Shown here: piece after piece, positions 10,150 through 21,018 of the stretch
Numbering within the stretch: position 1 is the first letter of the stretch
Layout: each line of letters opens with the position of its first letter
Source of the DNA: Escherichia coli
Lineage (GTDB): Bacteria; Pseudomonadota; Gammaproteobacteria; Enterobacterales; Enterobacteriaceae
Length of the DNA stretch: 64,000 nt
Assembly (NCBI RefSeq): GCF_045037415.1
Contig: NZ_CP173438.1
Reading direction: 5' to 3' (one strand)
The notes under the pieces: generated by a model
What the model was told of the DNA's origin: nothing
What the model saw: only the letters and a program-made list of their open reading frames with translations
The model's database searches: none
Translations under genes and position numbers: made by a program

Positions 10150-10656
10150 ATGTCACAAACCGTTCATTTCCAGGGCAACCCGGTTACAGTCGCCAATTCC
10201 ATCCCGCAGGCGGGTAGCAAAGCGCAGACTTTTACTCTCGTGGCAAAAGATCTGTCTGACGTCACCCTCGGTCAGTTTGCGGGTAAACGCAAAGTGCTGA
10301 ACATTTTCCCGAGTATTGATACCGGTGTTTGCGCCGCATCAGTACGTAAGTTTAACCAACTGGCAACCGAGATCGACAACACCGTTGTGCTGTGTATCTC
10401 TGCCGATCTGCCGTTCGCCCAGTCTCGTTTCTGCGGCGCAGAAGGTCTGAACAACGTTATCACCCTCTCCACTTTCCGTAACGCTGAATTCCTGCAAGCC
10501 TACGGTGTGGCAATTGCTGATGGCCCACTGAAAGGTCTGGCAGCGCGTGCCGTTGTGGTTATTGATGAAAATGACAATGTGATTTTCAGCCAGCTGGTGG
10601 ATGAAATCACCACCGAGCCGGATTACGAAGCAGCTCTGGCTGTACTGAAAGCATAA
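10150..10656 (+). CDS. tpx: Thiol peroxidase (atypical 2-Cys peroxiredoxin)
   Basis: 168-aa ORF; recognised sequence. Confidence 0.95.
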   Translation: MSQTVHFQGNPVTVANSIPQAGSKAQTFTLVAKDLSDVTLGQFAGKRKVLNIFPSIDTGVCAASVRKFNQLATEIDNTVVLCISADLPFAQSRFCGAEGLNNVITLSTFRNAEFLQAYGVAIADGPLKGLAARAVVVIDENDNVIFSQLVDEITTEPDYEAALAVLKA

Positions 10657-10659
10657 GTT

Positions 10660-10694
10660 AATATGCCTGATGGTATTGCACCATCAGGCATATT
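10660..10694. terminator. Bidirectional hairpin between convergent tpx and tyrR
   Basis: AATATGCCTGATGG / CCATCAGGCATATT 14-bp inverted repeat with 7-nt loop. Confidence 0.5.
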
Positions 10695-10699
10695 CACGC

Positions 10700-12241
10700 T
10701 TACTCTTCGTTCTTCTTCTGACTCAGACCATATTCCCGCAACTTATTGGCAATCGCGGTATGTGAAACGCCGAGACGTTTTGCCAGTTTGCGCGTGCTGG
10801 GATAATTGCGATAAAGCTGGGTTAATACCGAGCGTTCAAAACGGCTGGTGATTTCGTCCAGCGAACCTTCCATCGCATCTTCGCCCACGGCTACCGTTGC
10901 GGCGTCATAATCCGGCAACAAAATATCCTGTGGACGCAGCTCATAACCGTCCAGTTGTGTCAGTGCACGATAGATAGCGTTCTTTAACTGCCGCACATTT
11001 CCCGGCCACGCATAACGCGTAAGTACAGTATTCAGATCAGCGGCCAGTTTCGGACGCGGCACGCCCTGCTCGTCGGCAAAGCGGGCGACGAACAGCTCGG
11101 TTAACGGCATGATGTCCTGCGGACAGTCACGTAGCGGCGGCAGATTGAGCGTCAACACGTTCAGACGATAATAGAGATCTTCACGGAACACGCCTTTTTG
11201 CACCAGTTCGACCAGATTCTTCTGCGTAGCGCAAATCACCCGCACATCGACATGCACCTCATGGTCTTCGCCAACCCGACGGAAGGTGCCATCATTAAGG
11301 AAACGCAGTAATTTCGCCTGCATCCGTGGTGACATCTCACCTATTTCATCCAACAGCACCGAACCACCGTTCGCCTGCTCAAAGAACCCTTTCTTCCCTT
11401 CCGGAGCATGACCAAACAGTTCACTCTCGACCGCATCTTCCGGTATAGACGCACAGTTCAGCGCCAGGTAAGGTTTGCTCGCTCTGGGGCTTGCCTGATG
11501 ACAGGCGTAGGCAAAGAGATCTTTTCCGGTGCCGGTATCACCCGTAATCAGCAGTGGCGCGCTTAGCATCGCCAGTTTCTGCGCCTGTTCGACAACATGC
11601 TTCATTTTCGGGCTGACAGCGACAATTTGACTGAAGGCGCTGACATCCTGGGCGGCGACATTTTGCAACTGACGGCCCATACGAATCGTTGATCGCAGCA
11701 TCACCACCGCACCGGTCAGGACGTGTTGATCATTTTCATCCTGAAGATAAACAGGCGTAATCTCCATCAGGAAATTCTGCCCATTAATAACGACATGCTC
11801 GTTATGCGAATCTTGCGGTTCGCTTTCCAGCCAGCGTAAAAAATTAAAGCCGTTAATCAATTGCGCGGCGGTATGGTTGCGCAGGCGATCCAATTTTTGC
11901 CCAAAAAGCTGACAGCTCGCCGGGTTCGCCATATCCACTTTGCTTTTCATATCGACAGAGAGCACAGGTTCAGGCAACGCCTCCAGTAACGCGCTCAACG
12001 CCAGATGCTCACGTTCGGAAGGCATCCACGGGACAGTACGCACATCGGTAACACCTGCAATACGGCGTATTTCGGCCATCAGACTGCTGAAACTCTCAAA
12101 CTCCAGTTCAGCAAAATTGAGGTAGATTCGCCCAATGGGGTCAATCTCAATACCGCGTAAATCAATGCCTCTTAGCACGAGTAGATCGAGTAATTCGCGG
12201 GTCAGACCGAGTCGGTCTTCACAAAAGACTTCCAGACGCAT
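10700..12241 (-). CDS. tyrR: TyrR, sigma54-type AAA+ transcriptional regulator of aromatic amino acid genes
   Basis: ORF 10700..12268; start placed at MRLEVFCEDR giving 513 aa; Walker A GDTGTGKD and C-terminal HTH. Confidence 0.95.
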   Translation of the reverse strand: MRLEVFCEDRLGLTRELLDLLVLRGIDLRGIEIDPIGRIYLNFAELEFESFSSLMAEIRRIAGVTDVRTVPWMPSEREHLALSALLEALPEPVLSVDMKSKVDMANPASCQLFGQKLDRLRNHTAAQLINGFNFLRWLESEPQDSHNEHVVINGQNFLMEITPVYLQDENDQHVLTGAVVMLRSTIRMGRQLQNVAAQDVSAFSQIVAVSPKMKHVVEQAQKLAMLSAPLLITGDTGTGKDLFAYACHQASPRASKPYLALNCASIPEDAVESELFGHAPEGKKGFFEQANGGSVLLDEIGEMSPRMQAKLLRFLNDGTFRRVGEDHEVHVDVRVICATQKNLVELVQKGVFREDLYYRLNVLTLNLPPLRDCPQDIMPLTELFVARFADEQGVPRPKLAADLNTVLTRYAWPGNVRQLKNAIYRALTQLDGYELRPQDILLPDYDAATVAVGEDAMEGSLDEITSRFERSVLTQLYRNYPSTRKLAKRLGVSHTAIANKLREYGLSQKKNEE

Positions 12242-12311
12242 GGGAACCTTCACCTGAAAAAAGAACAATTAATATGATGATATGACACTATTTGGATAGC
12301 AGGAAGGTTTC

Positions 12312-12329
12312 TGTCAACAATCATTGACA
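12312..12329. promoter_or_regulatory. Candidate TyrR box in the tyrR upstream region
   Basis: Perfect inverted repeat TGTCAA-N6-TTGACA, one mismatch per arm from the TGTAAA-N6-TTTACA consensus; about 70-90 bp upstream of the tyrR start. Confidence 0.45.
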
Positions 12330-12388
12330 CAAAGACGGAAAAACGGGCACTTCGGCGTAAAGATATCCGGTCAGCACCCGATATTGCA

Positions 12389-13450
12389 TTATTTTTCGCT
12401 GGGCGTTTTGCCTTTTTGCAGAGTTTCTTTCACCTGACCGATAAGCTGACGACGGAAATCCCCGAGGCGTGGCTTGTCATCGTCAATCCACGGCAGCGGG
12501 CGGCAAAGCTCCATAGCTTTAATCCCGAGTCGTGCCGTCAGAAGTCCAGCACCAATCCCCTGAGCTGCCCGGGTAGACAAACGCGCAGCGAGATCTTGCG
12601 ACATCCAGTCCATCCCCACTTCGCGCACCAGTTCGCTGGCTCCGGCGAAAGCGATATTCAGCAATACCAGCTTAAACAGGCGCAAACGGCTGTAATATCC
12701 CAGTTCAATGCCATACAGCGTGGCGATGCGATTAATCAAACGCAGATTGCGCCAGGCGATAAACGCCATATCCACCAGCGCCAGTGGGCTAACGGCAATC
12801 ATTAACGTTGATTCCGCCGCTGAGCGGCTGATTTCGCGCCGCGCCTGGGCATCTAAAACTGGCTGGACCAGGTGAGCATACAAACTGACCACTTCACGAT
12901 CGTTCTGCGTTTCATGGATTGAGGCATACCAGCGCTGCAGCGCCGGATGTGACTGATCGATGCCCGCCTGCTGCGCCAGTTTTTCGCAGAATGCACGGCC
13001 TTTACCCGTGCCGTGACTGTGCAACAAATCGCGCGCTTCATCGCGTTCATGGGCGCGCTGTCGCAAGCGCCATAAGCGCCGCCACTCTGTTACCACAGAA
13101 CCTACGCCAGCGCCGATAATCAATGCCCCAGCGGCACATCCACCCAGCGCCACCCAGTCCTGGGTTTGCCAGGCGTTCATTGTCCACTGCACGCCCTGCC
13201 CGACAACGCTTGCGCCAAACAGAGCCAGCCCGCCCATCACCATTTTGCGCCACAGGCTGCGTTTCGGACGTAACGCTGCGTCCATCACCGCTTCAACTTG
13301 CCCCTCTTCTTCCTGTGCTTCGTCGAGCGTGGCCGGGGCAAAATTTTGCGCCTGATTTTCGTCAAAGGTCTGCTGCGCCCTGAATTTTGGATTCTGATCG
13401 ACCTCCAGTGGACCGTCGAAATCAATACGTGGTTTTAACGGTTCGGTCAT
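12389..13450 (-). CDS. ycjF: Inner-membrane protein YcjF (DUF697)
   Basis: 353-aa ORF; start overlaps the ycjX stop by 4 bp. Confidence 0.85.
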   Translation of the reverse strand: MTEPLKPRIDFDGPLEVDQNPKFRAQQTFDENQAQNFAPATLDEAQEEEGQVEAVMDAALRPKRSLWRKMVMGGLALFGASVVGQGVQWTMNAWQTQDWVALGGCAAGALIIGAGVGSVVTEWRRLWRLRQRAHERDEARDLLHSHGTGKGRAFCEKLAQQAGIDQSHPALQRWYASIHETQNDREVVSLYAHLVQPVLDAQARREISRSAAESTLMIAVSPLALVDMAFIAWRNLRLINRIATLYGIELGYYSRLRLFKLVLLNIAFAGASELVREVGMDWMSQDLAARLSTRAAQGIGAGLLTARLGIKAMELCRPLPWIDDDKPRLGDFRRQLIGQVKETLQKGKTPSEK

Positions 13451-14844
13451 CGCAATTTATCTCCTATTAAAAATTCCAGCGCAGCATCAAGACGAATATG
13501 CGGTAGCGGTTTGTCGACATCCATCACCTGCGGACGAAACGCCTCAAACTGGAAGCCTTGCTTATCCCAGAACGCCTGACCTGGCAAACGTGCGGGAACT
13601 TCGCCAGGATAAACAGTGAGCGGTGCGCCATCGCTGAGTCGATTACCGCGCAGCGCCGGGATTTTCTCACCGTTAACATCAATCATTCCGCTGGTGGTCG
13701 CCTGAACAGACGCCAGCCCCAGGCAGTCCATACTGATCCCTTCGAACGCCGCATTTTGCCATGCATCCTGAATCAGTTGTTGCAGCAATGAAACCATATT
13801 GGCGTGCTGATCGATGGTCACATGGTCCGCTTTAGTGGCAGCAAACAATAGCTTATCGATAACCGGCGAAAACAAACGCCGGAACAGGGTACGCTGCCCG
13901 TAGTGGAAACTTTGCATCAGCTGCGTCAGCGCCAGACGCATATCATTAAATGCCTGTGGCCCACTGTTGAGAGGTTGCAGGCAATCCACCAGCACAATCT
14001 GGCGGTCAAAGCGCAGAAAATGATTCTTATAGAACCCCTTCACCACTTTCTCGCAGTAATAATTAAACCGCTCGCGCAACATTCCGGCATTAGTGTGCTT
14101 ATCGGCCTGCGCCAGTTTGGACTCGCCCCAGGCATCGACATCCGGCCACGGGAAGAATTGCAGCGCGGGTGCTCCTGCCATATCTCCCGGCAAGACAAAG
14201 CGCCCAGGCTGAATAAAGTGCAACCCCTGCTGTTTGCAGTGATGGAGATACTCGGTCCAGGCGGCGGCAATGTCTGCCAGCCGGTTTTCGTCGGCAGGCG
14301 CTAGCGGGTCCAGCCCTTCGCACATCATTCGCCATTTCGCCGACCATTCGCCGCGCTGACCATTGAGTAAGCCCGTCATCTGGCGCGACCAGCTTAAATA
14401 GTCCTGCGCCAGCATCGGCAGGTCGAGCAACCATTCGCCGGGGTAATCCACAATCTCCAGATACAGCGTGGAGGTATCCTTAAAGTGGCGCAGCAGCGAA
14501 TCGTTCGATTTAAAACGTAACGCCAGGCGAATTTCACTGACACCGCGCGTAGGCGTCGGCCAGGCGGGAGGATCGCCATATAACTGCGCCAACCCTTCAT
14601 CATAGGTGAAGCGCGGAATGCCAAAGTCACGCTGGGGAATGCGTTTTACGCCCAGCAGGCGCTCTTCACGCACCGCACTTAAAAGCGGCAAACGTGCTCC
14701 GGCATGAATATTGAGCAACTGATTAACCATCGCGGTGATAAACGCTGTTTTGCCGCTGCGGCTAAGTCCGGTTACAGCGAGGCGCAGATGTCTGTCGACA
14801 CCCCGATTCACCAGCGCATTGAGTTCATTTTTAAGTCGCTTCAT
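13447..14844 (-). CDS. ycjX: P-loop NTPase YcjX (DUF463)
   Basis: ORF 13447..14916; start placed at [11 protein letters not shown] giving 465 aa; Walker A GLSRSGKT. Confidence 0.85.
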   Translation of the reverse strand: MKRLKNELNALVNRGVDRHLRLAVTGLSRSGKTAFITAMVNQLLNIHAGARLPLLSAVREERLLGVKRIPQRDFGIPRFTYDEGLAQLYGDPPAWPTPTRGVSEIRLALRFKSNDSLLRHFKDTSTLYLEIVDYPGEWLLDLPMLAQDYLSWSRQMTGLLNGQRGEWSAKWRMMCEGLDPLAPADENRLADIAAAWTEYLHHCKQQGLHFIQPGRFVLPGDMAGAPALQFFPWPDVDAWGESKLAQADKHTNAGMLRERFNYYCEKVVKGFYKNHFLRFDRQIVLVDCLQPLNSGPQAFNDMRLALTQLMQSFHYGQRTLFRRLFSPVIDKLLFAATKADHVTIDQHANMVSLLQQLIQDAWQNAAFEGISMDCLGLASVQATTSGMIDVNGEKIPALRGNRLSDGAPLTVYPGEVPARLPGQAFWDKQGFQFEAFRPQVMDVDKPLPHIRLDAALEFLIGDKLR

Positions 14845-14897
14845 TGCTGTCCTGTGCTGCTCTGAAGACCAGAAAAAAAATCGTTCGTAAGGATATG

Positions 14898-14926
14898 AAT
14901 GTGGGGGCCAGGCCATTGATTATCAA
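14898..14926 (-). promoter_or_regulatory. Candidate sigma32 (heat-shock) promoter for ycjX-ycjF(-tyrR)
   Basis: Minus strand reads TTGATA - 13 bp - CCCCCACAT, resembling the sigma32 -35 TTGAAA and -10 CCCCATNT; ycjX is a reported sigma32 regulon member. Confidence 0.5.
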
Positions 14927-14999
14927 CTACCCGTGTTGTCATCGACGGGCGAACTCCATAAGATGTGCAGCATTCACGTTCGGACGGAGTTCCTGACCT

Positions 15000-15998
15000 A
15001 TGTCCCCTACTATTTATGATATTGCCAGGGTTGCAGGCGTATCAAAATCCACCGTATCACGCGTGCTGAATAAGCAAACCAATATCTCCCCGGAAGCGCG
15101 CGAAAAAGTGTTACGGGCCATTGAAGAATTACAGTATCAACCAAACAAGCTGGCCCGCGCGCTGACCTCTTCGGGTTTTGATGCCATTATGGTGATTTCT
15201 ACTCGTTCGACCAAAACTACGGCGGGTAATCCATTTTTCTCTGAAGTTTTGCATGCCATCACCGCCAAAGCAGAAGAAGAAGGTTTCGACGTGATATTAC
15301 AAACGTCGCACAATCCGGCAGAAGATCTGCAAAAATGCGAAAGCAAAATTAAGCAGAAAATGATTAAAGGCATTATTATGCTAAGTTCGCCTGCCGATGA
15401 ATCCTTCTTTGCACAACTCGACAAATACGAGATCCCGGTGGTGGTGATCGGTAAAGTTGAAGGTCAATACAGCCATGTTTATTCCGTCGATACCGATAAT
15501 TATGGCGACAGTATTGCGCTGACCAATGCGTTAATTGAAAGCGGGCATAAGAATATAGCCTGCCTGCATGCGCCGCTTGATGTACAAGTTTCAGTGGATC
15601 GGGTAAATGGTTATAAGCAAAGTCTGGCTACGCATAATATTGCAGTGCGTGATGAATGGATTGTTGACGGCGGTTATACCCATGAGACAGCATTAAAAGC
15701 AGCACGGGAATTATTAAGCCAGTCACCGTTGCCTGAGGCAGTGTTTGCTACTGACAGCCTGAAATTAATGAGTATTTATCGTGCGGCGGCAGAGAAAAAC
15801 ATTGCTATTCCGCAGCAGTTAGCGGTGGTGGGTTATAGTAATGAAACGCTGTCGTTTATATTAACGCCTGCACCAGGCGGCATCGATGTTCCGACGCAGG
15901 AGTTAGGTCAACAAAGCTGCGAGTTATTATTCCAGTTAATTGCCGGAAAACCGTCACCACAAAATATTACCGTTGCTACGCATATGTCGTTGAAATAA
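15000..15998 (+). CDS. ycjW: LacI-family transcriptional repressor YcjW
   Basis: 332-aa ORF; N-terminal LacI HTH ([21 protein letters not shown]) and periplasmic-binding-protein-like sensor domain. Confidence 0.9.
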   Translation: MSPTIYDIARVAGVSKSTVSRVLNKQTNISPEAREKVLRAIEELQYQPNKLARALTSSGFDAIMVISTRSTKTTAGNPFFSEVLHAITAKAEEEGFDVILQTSHNPAEDLQKCESKIKQKMIKGIIMLSSPADESFFAQLDKYEIPVVVIGKVEGQYSHVYSVDTDNYGDSIALTNALIESGHKNIACLHAPLDVQVSVDRVNGYKQSLATHNIAVRDEWIVDGGYTHETALKAARELLSQSPLPEAVFATDSLKLMSIYRAAAEKNIAIPQQLAVVGYSNETLSFILTPAPGGIDVPTQELGQQSCELLFQLIAGKPSPQNITVATHMSLK

Positions 15999-16003
15999 AT
16001 GTA

Positions 16004-16035
16004 TGCCGGATTTGGCGCTCGCCCCGCATCCGGCA
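16004..16035. repeat. REP-like palindromic unit between convergent ycjW and ompG (probably also a terminator)
   Basis: TGCCGGAT...ATCCGGCA inverted repeat, GC-rich, resembling REP/PU elements. Confidence 0.5.
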
Positions 16036-16048
16036 ATTTAGCACATTA

Positions 16049-16954
16049 TCAGAACGAGTAATTCACCCCAACACCCGCATAATGGAATTTATCGCTGTCG
16101 CCTTCGTCGTGATCCTGCCACTCAAACGCGTATTCCAGCGAAACGGAAAGACCATTCTGGAAATCATAACCGTAAAATAAACCCACACGGTTAAAATCAT
16201 GGCCTTCACGTTCAATATCATCCTGCCAGTCCCAGTTACTCCAGCGATCCAGCCCAATGCGCGTATACGGCGTCACCGAGTGGTTGCCGAGCGTCAGCGG
16301 CAAATAGGCGCGAATTTCTTGCGTGGAAAACTCACCGTTATTGCGGCTATCATCCATATTGAAACCACGCTCGAGATAATAGTTCACTCGCAAGGCAACC
16401 GTTTCGTTGAAGGTATATTGCAGACCCGTTTCCGTTTCGACACGGGTATCAGCATAACCGGTCGTATTCAGATCGTTGGCAAATTTATACATCGACAGCC
16501 AACCGTTGAAACGTAAATCGTCAGTCAGTTTCACATCCCAGTCTGGCGCGATTTTCCAGCGCTGCATATTTGCCGTGTCTTTACCCGGTTCATCAACGTA
16601 GTGATAACCATAGTTACGGAAACCACCAGTCAGACCGAGACTGAAATCATCGCTTTCGAGGAACTGATAATGTACCTCCAGCTCCGGGCGATCAAACCAC
16701 GTTCCACGTTTACCCGCGCTATAATCTACCGGCCCTTCCTGATAATAGGCCAGAGAAATTCTCCACGGCCCGTTGGCGGCATTAAAATAGACAGAAGGCT
16801 CTGCCAGCCCATCCATATCTTCGACATAACCCTCGACGTTTTCTATTTCGTACATCGCGCCGATATTAAAGTGCCAGTTGTTCTTTTCCTCGGCCTGTGC
16901 GCAGGCCATTCCCGCACACATCACCAGTGCGGTACAGGGTAATAACTTTTTCAT
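16049..16954 (-). CDS. ompG: Outer membrane porin OmpG
   Basis: ORF 16049..17005; start placed at MKKLLPCTALVMCAGMACA (signal peptide) giving 301 aa; C-terminal aromatic residue. Confidence 0.9.
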   Translation of the reverse strand: MKKLLPCTALVMCAGMACAQAEEKNNWHFNIGAMYEIENVEGYVEDMDGLAEPSVYFNAANGPWRISLAYYQEGPVDYSAGKRGTWFDRPELEVHYQFLESDDFSLGLTGGFRNYGYHYVDEPGKDTANMQRWKIAPDWDVKLTDDLRFNGWLSMYKFANDLNTTGYADTRVETETGLQYTFNETVALRVNYYLERGFNMDDSRNNGEFSTQEIRAYLPLTLGNHSVTPYTRIGLDRWSNWDWQDDIEREGHDFNRVGLFYGYDFQNGLSVSLEYAFEWQDHDEGDSDKFHYAGVGVNYSF

Positions 16955-16998
16955 TATTGTTCCTTGTATTATCCTGGGAGAATGCCTTCCCCCTGTAT

Positions 16999-18081
16999 TT
17001 AGCAAATTGCTATTTCCGTTTCTGCATCAAAGAAATGACATTTAGTCATATCAAAATGAATAGTGATATTTTCTCCTGCATGATAATCATTTAACGCACC
17101 AGCACGGACCACTAACTCGTGCCCCCCAACCGTGGTGTAGAGCATAAATTCCGCACCGGTTAATTCCGCCACGCTAATTTTGGCGGAAATGTTATTTTCT
17201 TCTTGCGCATCCGGATGAATATCCTCCGGGCGTATTCCCATCACAATGGGTTTATGTAAACTTTCCTGCGTTTTCAGAACCGCTAATTTCTCTTCGGGAA
17301 TGGTTAATTTAAGTGTTTCCGTAACGAATTTATCGCCATCGATCGTGCCGCGAATAAAATTCATTGCTGGTGACCCAATAAATCCGGCAACAAACATATT
17401 CGCCGGTTGGTTATAGACCGTTTTCGGCGCACCGACCTGCTGAACAATCCCATCCTTCATAATGACAATCCGCGTCGCCATGGTCATCGCTTCGGTCTGA
17501 TCGTGGGTCACGTAGATCATGGTGGTGTTCAGTTTCTGATGCAGCTTGCTGATCTCTGCGCGCATTTGCACACGCAGCTTGGCATCCAGGTTAGAGAGCG
17601 GCTCATCCATTAAAAACACGCCCGCTTCGCGCACAATCGCCCGCCCAAGCGCCACTCGCTGACGTTGCCCGCCGGAAAGCGCGCCCGGCTTGCGTTTCAG
17701 GTACTCACGCAGGCCGAGGATTTGCGCCGCCCAGTTAACCCGCTCATCAATCATCTCTTTGGCGATTTTTTGTATCTTCAGGCCAAACGCCATGTTGTCG
17801 TAGACCGTCATATGCGGATACAGCGCGTAGTTCTGGAACACCATCGCGATATTGCGTGCTTTGGCTGGAACGTCATTCATTCGTTTGCCGTCGATCAACA
17901 GCTCACCGCCGCTGATCTCCTCAAGCCCGGCAATCATACGCAGGGTGGTCGATTTACCGCAGCCCGACGGACCGACAAACACGATGAACTCTTTATCGGC
18001 AATCTCCAGGCTGAAGTCCTTCACCACATGCACCTGGTTATCGTAGATCTTTTGAATATGTTGTAACGAAAGCTGTGCCAT
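16999..18081 (-). CDS. ycjV: ABC transporter ATP-binding protein YcjV (MalK/UgpC-like), apparently intact
   Basis: 360-aa ORF; Walker A GPSGCGKST, signature LSGGQRQRV, Walker B FLMDEPLS and a C-terminal MalK-type regulatory domain. Confidence 0.9.
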   Translation of the reverse strand: MAQLSLQHIQKIYDNQVHVVKDFSLEIADKEFIVFVGPSGCGKSTTLRMIAGLEEISGGELLIDGKRMNDVPAKARNIAMVFQNYALYPHMTVYDNMAFGLKIQKIAKEMIDERVNWAAQILGLREYLKRKPGALSGGQRQRVALGRAIVREAGVFLMDEPLSNLDAKLRVQMRAEISKLHQKLNTTMIYVTHDQTEAMTMATRIVIMKDGIVQQVGAPKTVYNQPANMFVAGFIGSPAMNFIRGTIDGDKFVTETLKLTIPEEKLAVLKTQESLHKPIVMGIRPEDIHPDAQEENNISAKISVAELTGAEFMLYTTVGGHELVVRAGALNDYHAGENITIHFDMTKCHFFDAETEIAIC

Positions 18082-18094
18082 GTTGATTCCTTTG

Positions 18095-18754
18095 CTATAC
18101 GTTTTGCCAGAAGGCCGATAACCGCGGCCAGGTCAGGGAGTCCGTTGAGGGCAACAATAATTGCGCCCCGGTTAAGCCCGCGCCGATCCCCACCGAGCGC
18201 ATACCGCTGGCGTTAATGGCGTCAATGCCCGCCTGCGCATCTTCAATGCCGATACATGCCTGTGGCGGCACGCCCAGCCCTGCACAGGCGGCGAGAAAGA
18301 TTTCCGGGTCCGGTTTCGAATTTTTGAGTTGGGAAGCGTCCGCGCAGAAGGTGAAAAACTCGCGCAGCTCCAGCGCTGCTAAAATCGTCGGCGCATTCAG
18401 GGAGACAGAAGCCAGCCCAACTGGAATCTGCTGTGCCCGGAGATCTACCAGCAAATTGTGAATGCCAGGCAGCACAGCATTAACCGTCAGTTCGCGCAGT
18501 GAGTGGACGTAAAGCAGATTTTTGCGATACGCCAGTTGCGCCCGTTCCTGTGGGTTAAAATCGCCCTCTTTACCCCCGTGCTGCAGAATTCGCCGCAGGG
18601 ACTCATCGCGGCTGATCCCTTTTAGGAATTCGTTAAACTGCGCATCAATGCTGATGCCAATTTCAGCGGCAATCTGCTGCCACGCCTGGAAATGCAGATG
18701 CGCGGTATCGGTGATTACTCCATCCAGATCGAAAATTACCCCTTGCAGTTTCAT
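18095..18754 (-). CDS. ycjU: Beta-phosphoglucomutase (HAD superfamily)
   Basis: 219-aa ORF; HAD motif [11 protein letters not shown]. Confidence 0.9.
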   Translation of the reverse strand: MKLQGVIFDLDGVITDTAHLHFQAWQQIAAEIGISIDAQFNEFLKGISRDESLRRILQHGGKEGDFNPQERAQLAYRKNLLYVHSLRELTVNAVLPGIHNLLVDLRAQQIPVGLASVSLNAPTILAALELREFFTFCADASQLKNSKPDPEIFLAACAGLGVPPQACIGIEDAQAGIDAINASGMRSVGIGAGLTGAQLLLPSTDSLTWPRLSAFWQNV

Positions 18755-21018
18755 TCACCCTCCTGATGCGTGGTAGCGGTCCCATTGAAGGGCAAAATAA
18801 AATCCCCCAAACAGAAAACAGATTCTTCAGCGACGTAAATAAGCTGACCGTTCAAACGCAGTGAAACAGGCGCAGAAGTTCGAATCGCAATACGCTGCGC
18901 GTCGAGAGTGACCTGTAATTCGCAGCCCTGCCAGAACAGAGGGAAAGACAACTGTTGCCACTGCTCAGGTAACGCCGGATTGAGATGTAATTCACCGTCA
19001 CGCACGCTCACCCCGGCAAAACCCTGAATCGCCCCCAGCCAGATAGCGCCAGTTGCGGCAGCGTGGATACCGTCATCACAGCTATGCGGATCAGCACCAA
19101 GATCGATTTCAGTCCCCTCGCGCCAGAACTGATAACTTTGGGTCAGCAGGCCACAGCGTGCGGCAACAATGCCGTGGATTGCTTTACTTAATGACGAGTC
19201 GTGAATAGTGCGCGGTTCATAAAATTGCAGATTGGCAAGACACGATGCCGCTGAGAACTGCTCCGGCAGCATGTAATTGAGCATCACCACATCAGCTTGT
19301 TTGAGGATCTGCATCTCGTTCACTTCTGCGCGTGAATAATCCAGCAGAATGGTTTGCTTCCCCGCCGCCGCTTTGTATTTCGCCAGATTAATCACCGGCT
19401 TAGCCATAAACGAATCATCCTGCGGCAAAACGCCGTCGGGCTGAATTTCTGGCAGCCGCAGTTCTTTGAGGTACATTTCTGCACGATGAATAAACGCGTC
19501 GTCGCTACAGCCAAACTGACGAGCGATATTCAGCGCCTGCTGGACGTTGTAATACGCCATATAGCTGGTGAAGGCGTTATTATTGACATGTTCGGTATAT
19601 TCGTCTGGCCCAATAACATCATGAATTTCCAGACGCTCGTTAACCCTCACCGCGCGGCTAATCCAGAACTTTGCCGTCTCCAGAAGTAGCGCCATGCCTT
19701 CATGAGCAATGAAACTTTCATCCCCCGTGGTCCGCCAGTATTGAATCACCGCCCAGGCGATATCGGCGACCAGATGGTGTTCCGCCTGCGCAGAGGCCAC
19801 TTTTTGCCGCAGCCCGGTACGAATGTTAATGGCGGCAAATTCCGGCGTCTCTTCTTCGCCGCTACGCGCGCTTTCCCACGGAAACAGAGCGCCCTGCCAG
19901 CCGTTGCGTCGCGCTTTCTCCTGCGCGCCAGGCAAGTTGTGCCAGCGATAACGCAGTAAACTTCGGGCAACCGTCGGATCGCTAAACAGATGGAACGGTA
20001 GCAAAAATACTTCTGTATCCCAGAAAACGTGGCCTTTGTAGCCTTCGCCGGTTAAACCTTTCGCCGCAATGCTGCTGCGCTCATCGTGGGCAGGCGTCAT
20101 GATGCGCAGGTGATAAAGCGCATAATCTAATGCTTGCTGATCGTGCGCATCGCGGCCGTTTACCGTGATACGACGTTTCTGCCACCATTGACGCCAGTTT
20201 TCTGTTGATGCTGCAAGAAGTTGGTCGTAACTCTGCTGCGCGCACATTTCAAGCTGACGAAGCGACGCACTGCCCCATTCGTCTAAAGCGGCTTGTCTGT
20301 CGTCCCGCCAGTCGATCCACACCAGTTTTTGCAGCGTCAGCGTCTCACCTGCGTGAAGCTGCGCGCAGGTATGTTGCAATAAACGGCGCTCTTTGGCGGT
20401 ATAGCATTGCTGCACATCACCGCTCACCTTACAGCAACAGCTGATGGCCACATCACTACGCCCATCCTGGGTGGTGTAGATCCCCTGCATCAGATGCTGA
20501 CCAAACACCCGCACCTGGATTTCGTCAATATGCTGGCGACCGTGGTTGGTTTGCGTGGCGTCAATGCCTGTTGAAATCAGCACTGACGCGTCGGCGTCCA
20601 GTGGAGTAATAGTGATTTCCAGCGCAATGAGCGGCAGTTGGTCTGCCGAAACAAAGCGACGGCTGGCGATGGTGTAACCAGTGCCGTTGCTGGTACGCCA
20701 GACAACGTTGCGACGTAATTCGCCACTGGCAAAGTTAAGCTCACGCTGCCATGCTTCGCGGGATAACGAGAAAATCTCACCATTTATGGCAATCTCCATC
20801 CCCACGACATCAGGCAGGTTCACCAGTTCGTTGATTTCTCCTTTACCCGCTCGATGATACAGCCCCGCCAGATACATCCCACGGGTCTGGCGCGTGTAAT
20901 CTTCTTCATGGCTGGCACGAAGCCCAAGATAGCCGTTCCCCTGCGCCATCAGCGAAGCATACTTGTTCAGGGTATGCTGGCTGAAATGGGGTTCTGATAA
21001 CGTTACTGGCCTGGTCAT
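18751..21018 (-). CDS. ycjT: Kojibiose phosphorylase (glycoside hydrolase family 65)
   Basis: 755-aa ORF; GH65 architecture; synteny in the ycj cluster. Confidence 0.9.
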   Translation of the reverse strand: MTRPVTLSEPHFSQHTLNKYASLMAQGNGYLGLRASHEEDYTRQTRGMYLAGLYHRAGKGEINELVNLPDVVGMEIAINGEIFSLSREAWQRELNFASGELRRNVVWRTSNGTGYTIASRRFVSADQLPLIALEITITPLDADASVLISTGIDATQTNHGRQHIDEIQVRVFGQHLMQGIYTTQDGRSDVAISCCCKVSGDVQQCYTAKERRLLQHTCAQLHAGETLTLQKLVWIDWRDDRQAALDEWGSASLRQLEMCAQQSYDQLLAASTENWRQWWQKRRITVNGRDAHDQQALDYALYHLRIMTPAHDERSSIAAKGLTGEGYKGHVFWDTEVFLLPFHLFSDPTVARSLLRYRWHNLPGAQEKARRNGWQGALFPWESARSGEEETPEFAAINIRTGLRQKVASAQAEHHLVADIAWAVIQYWRTTGDESFIAHEGMALLLETAKFWISRAVRVNERLEIHDVIGPDEYTEHVNNNAFTSYMAYYNVQQALNIARQFGCSDDAFIHRAEMYLKELRLPEIQPDGVLPQDDSFMAKPVINLAKYKAAAGKQTILLDYSRAEVNEMQILKQADVVMLNYMLPEQFSAASCLANLQFYEPRTIHDSSLSKAIHGIVAARCGLLTQSYQFWREGTEIDLGADPHSCDDGIHAAATGAIWLGAIQGFAGVSVRDGELHLNPALPEQWQQLSFPLFWQGCELQVTLDAQRIAIRTSAPVSLRLNGQLIYVAEESVFCLGDFILPFNGTATTHQEGE
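18769..18785. promoter_or_regulatory. Candidate YcjW (LacI-family) operator, inside the last codons of ycjT and just upstream of ycjU
   Basis: CGTGGTAGCGGTCCCAT, identical over 17 bp to 28696..28712; fits the LacI-family core TGnnAnCGnTnnCA. Confidence 0.6.
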
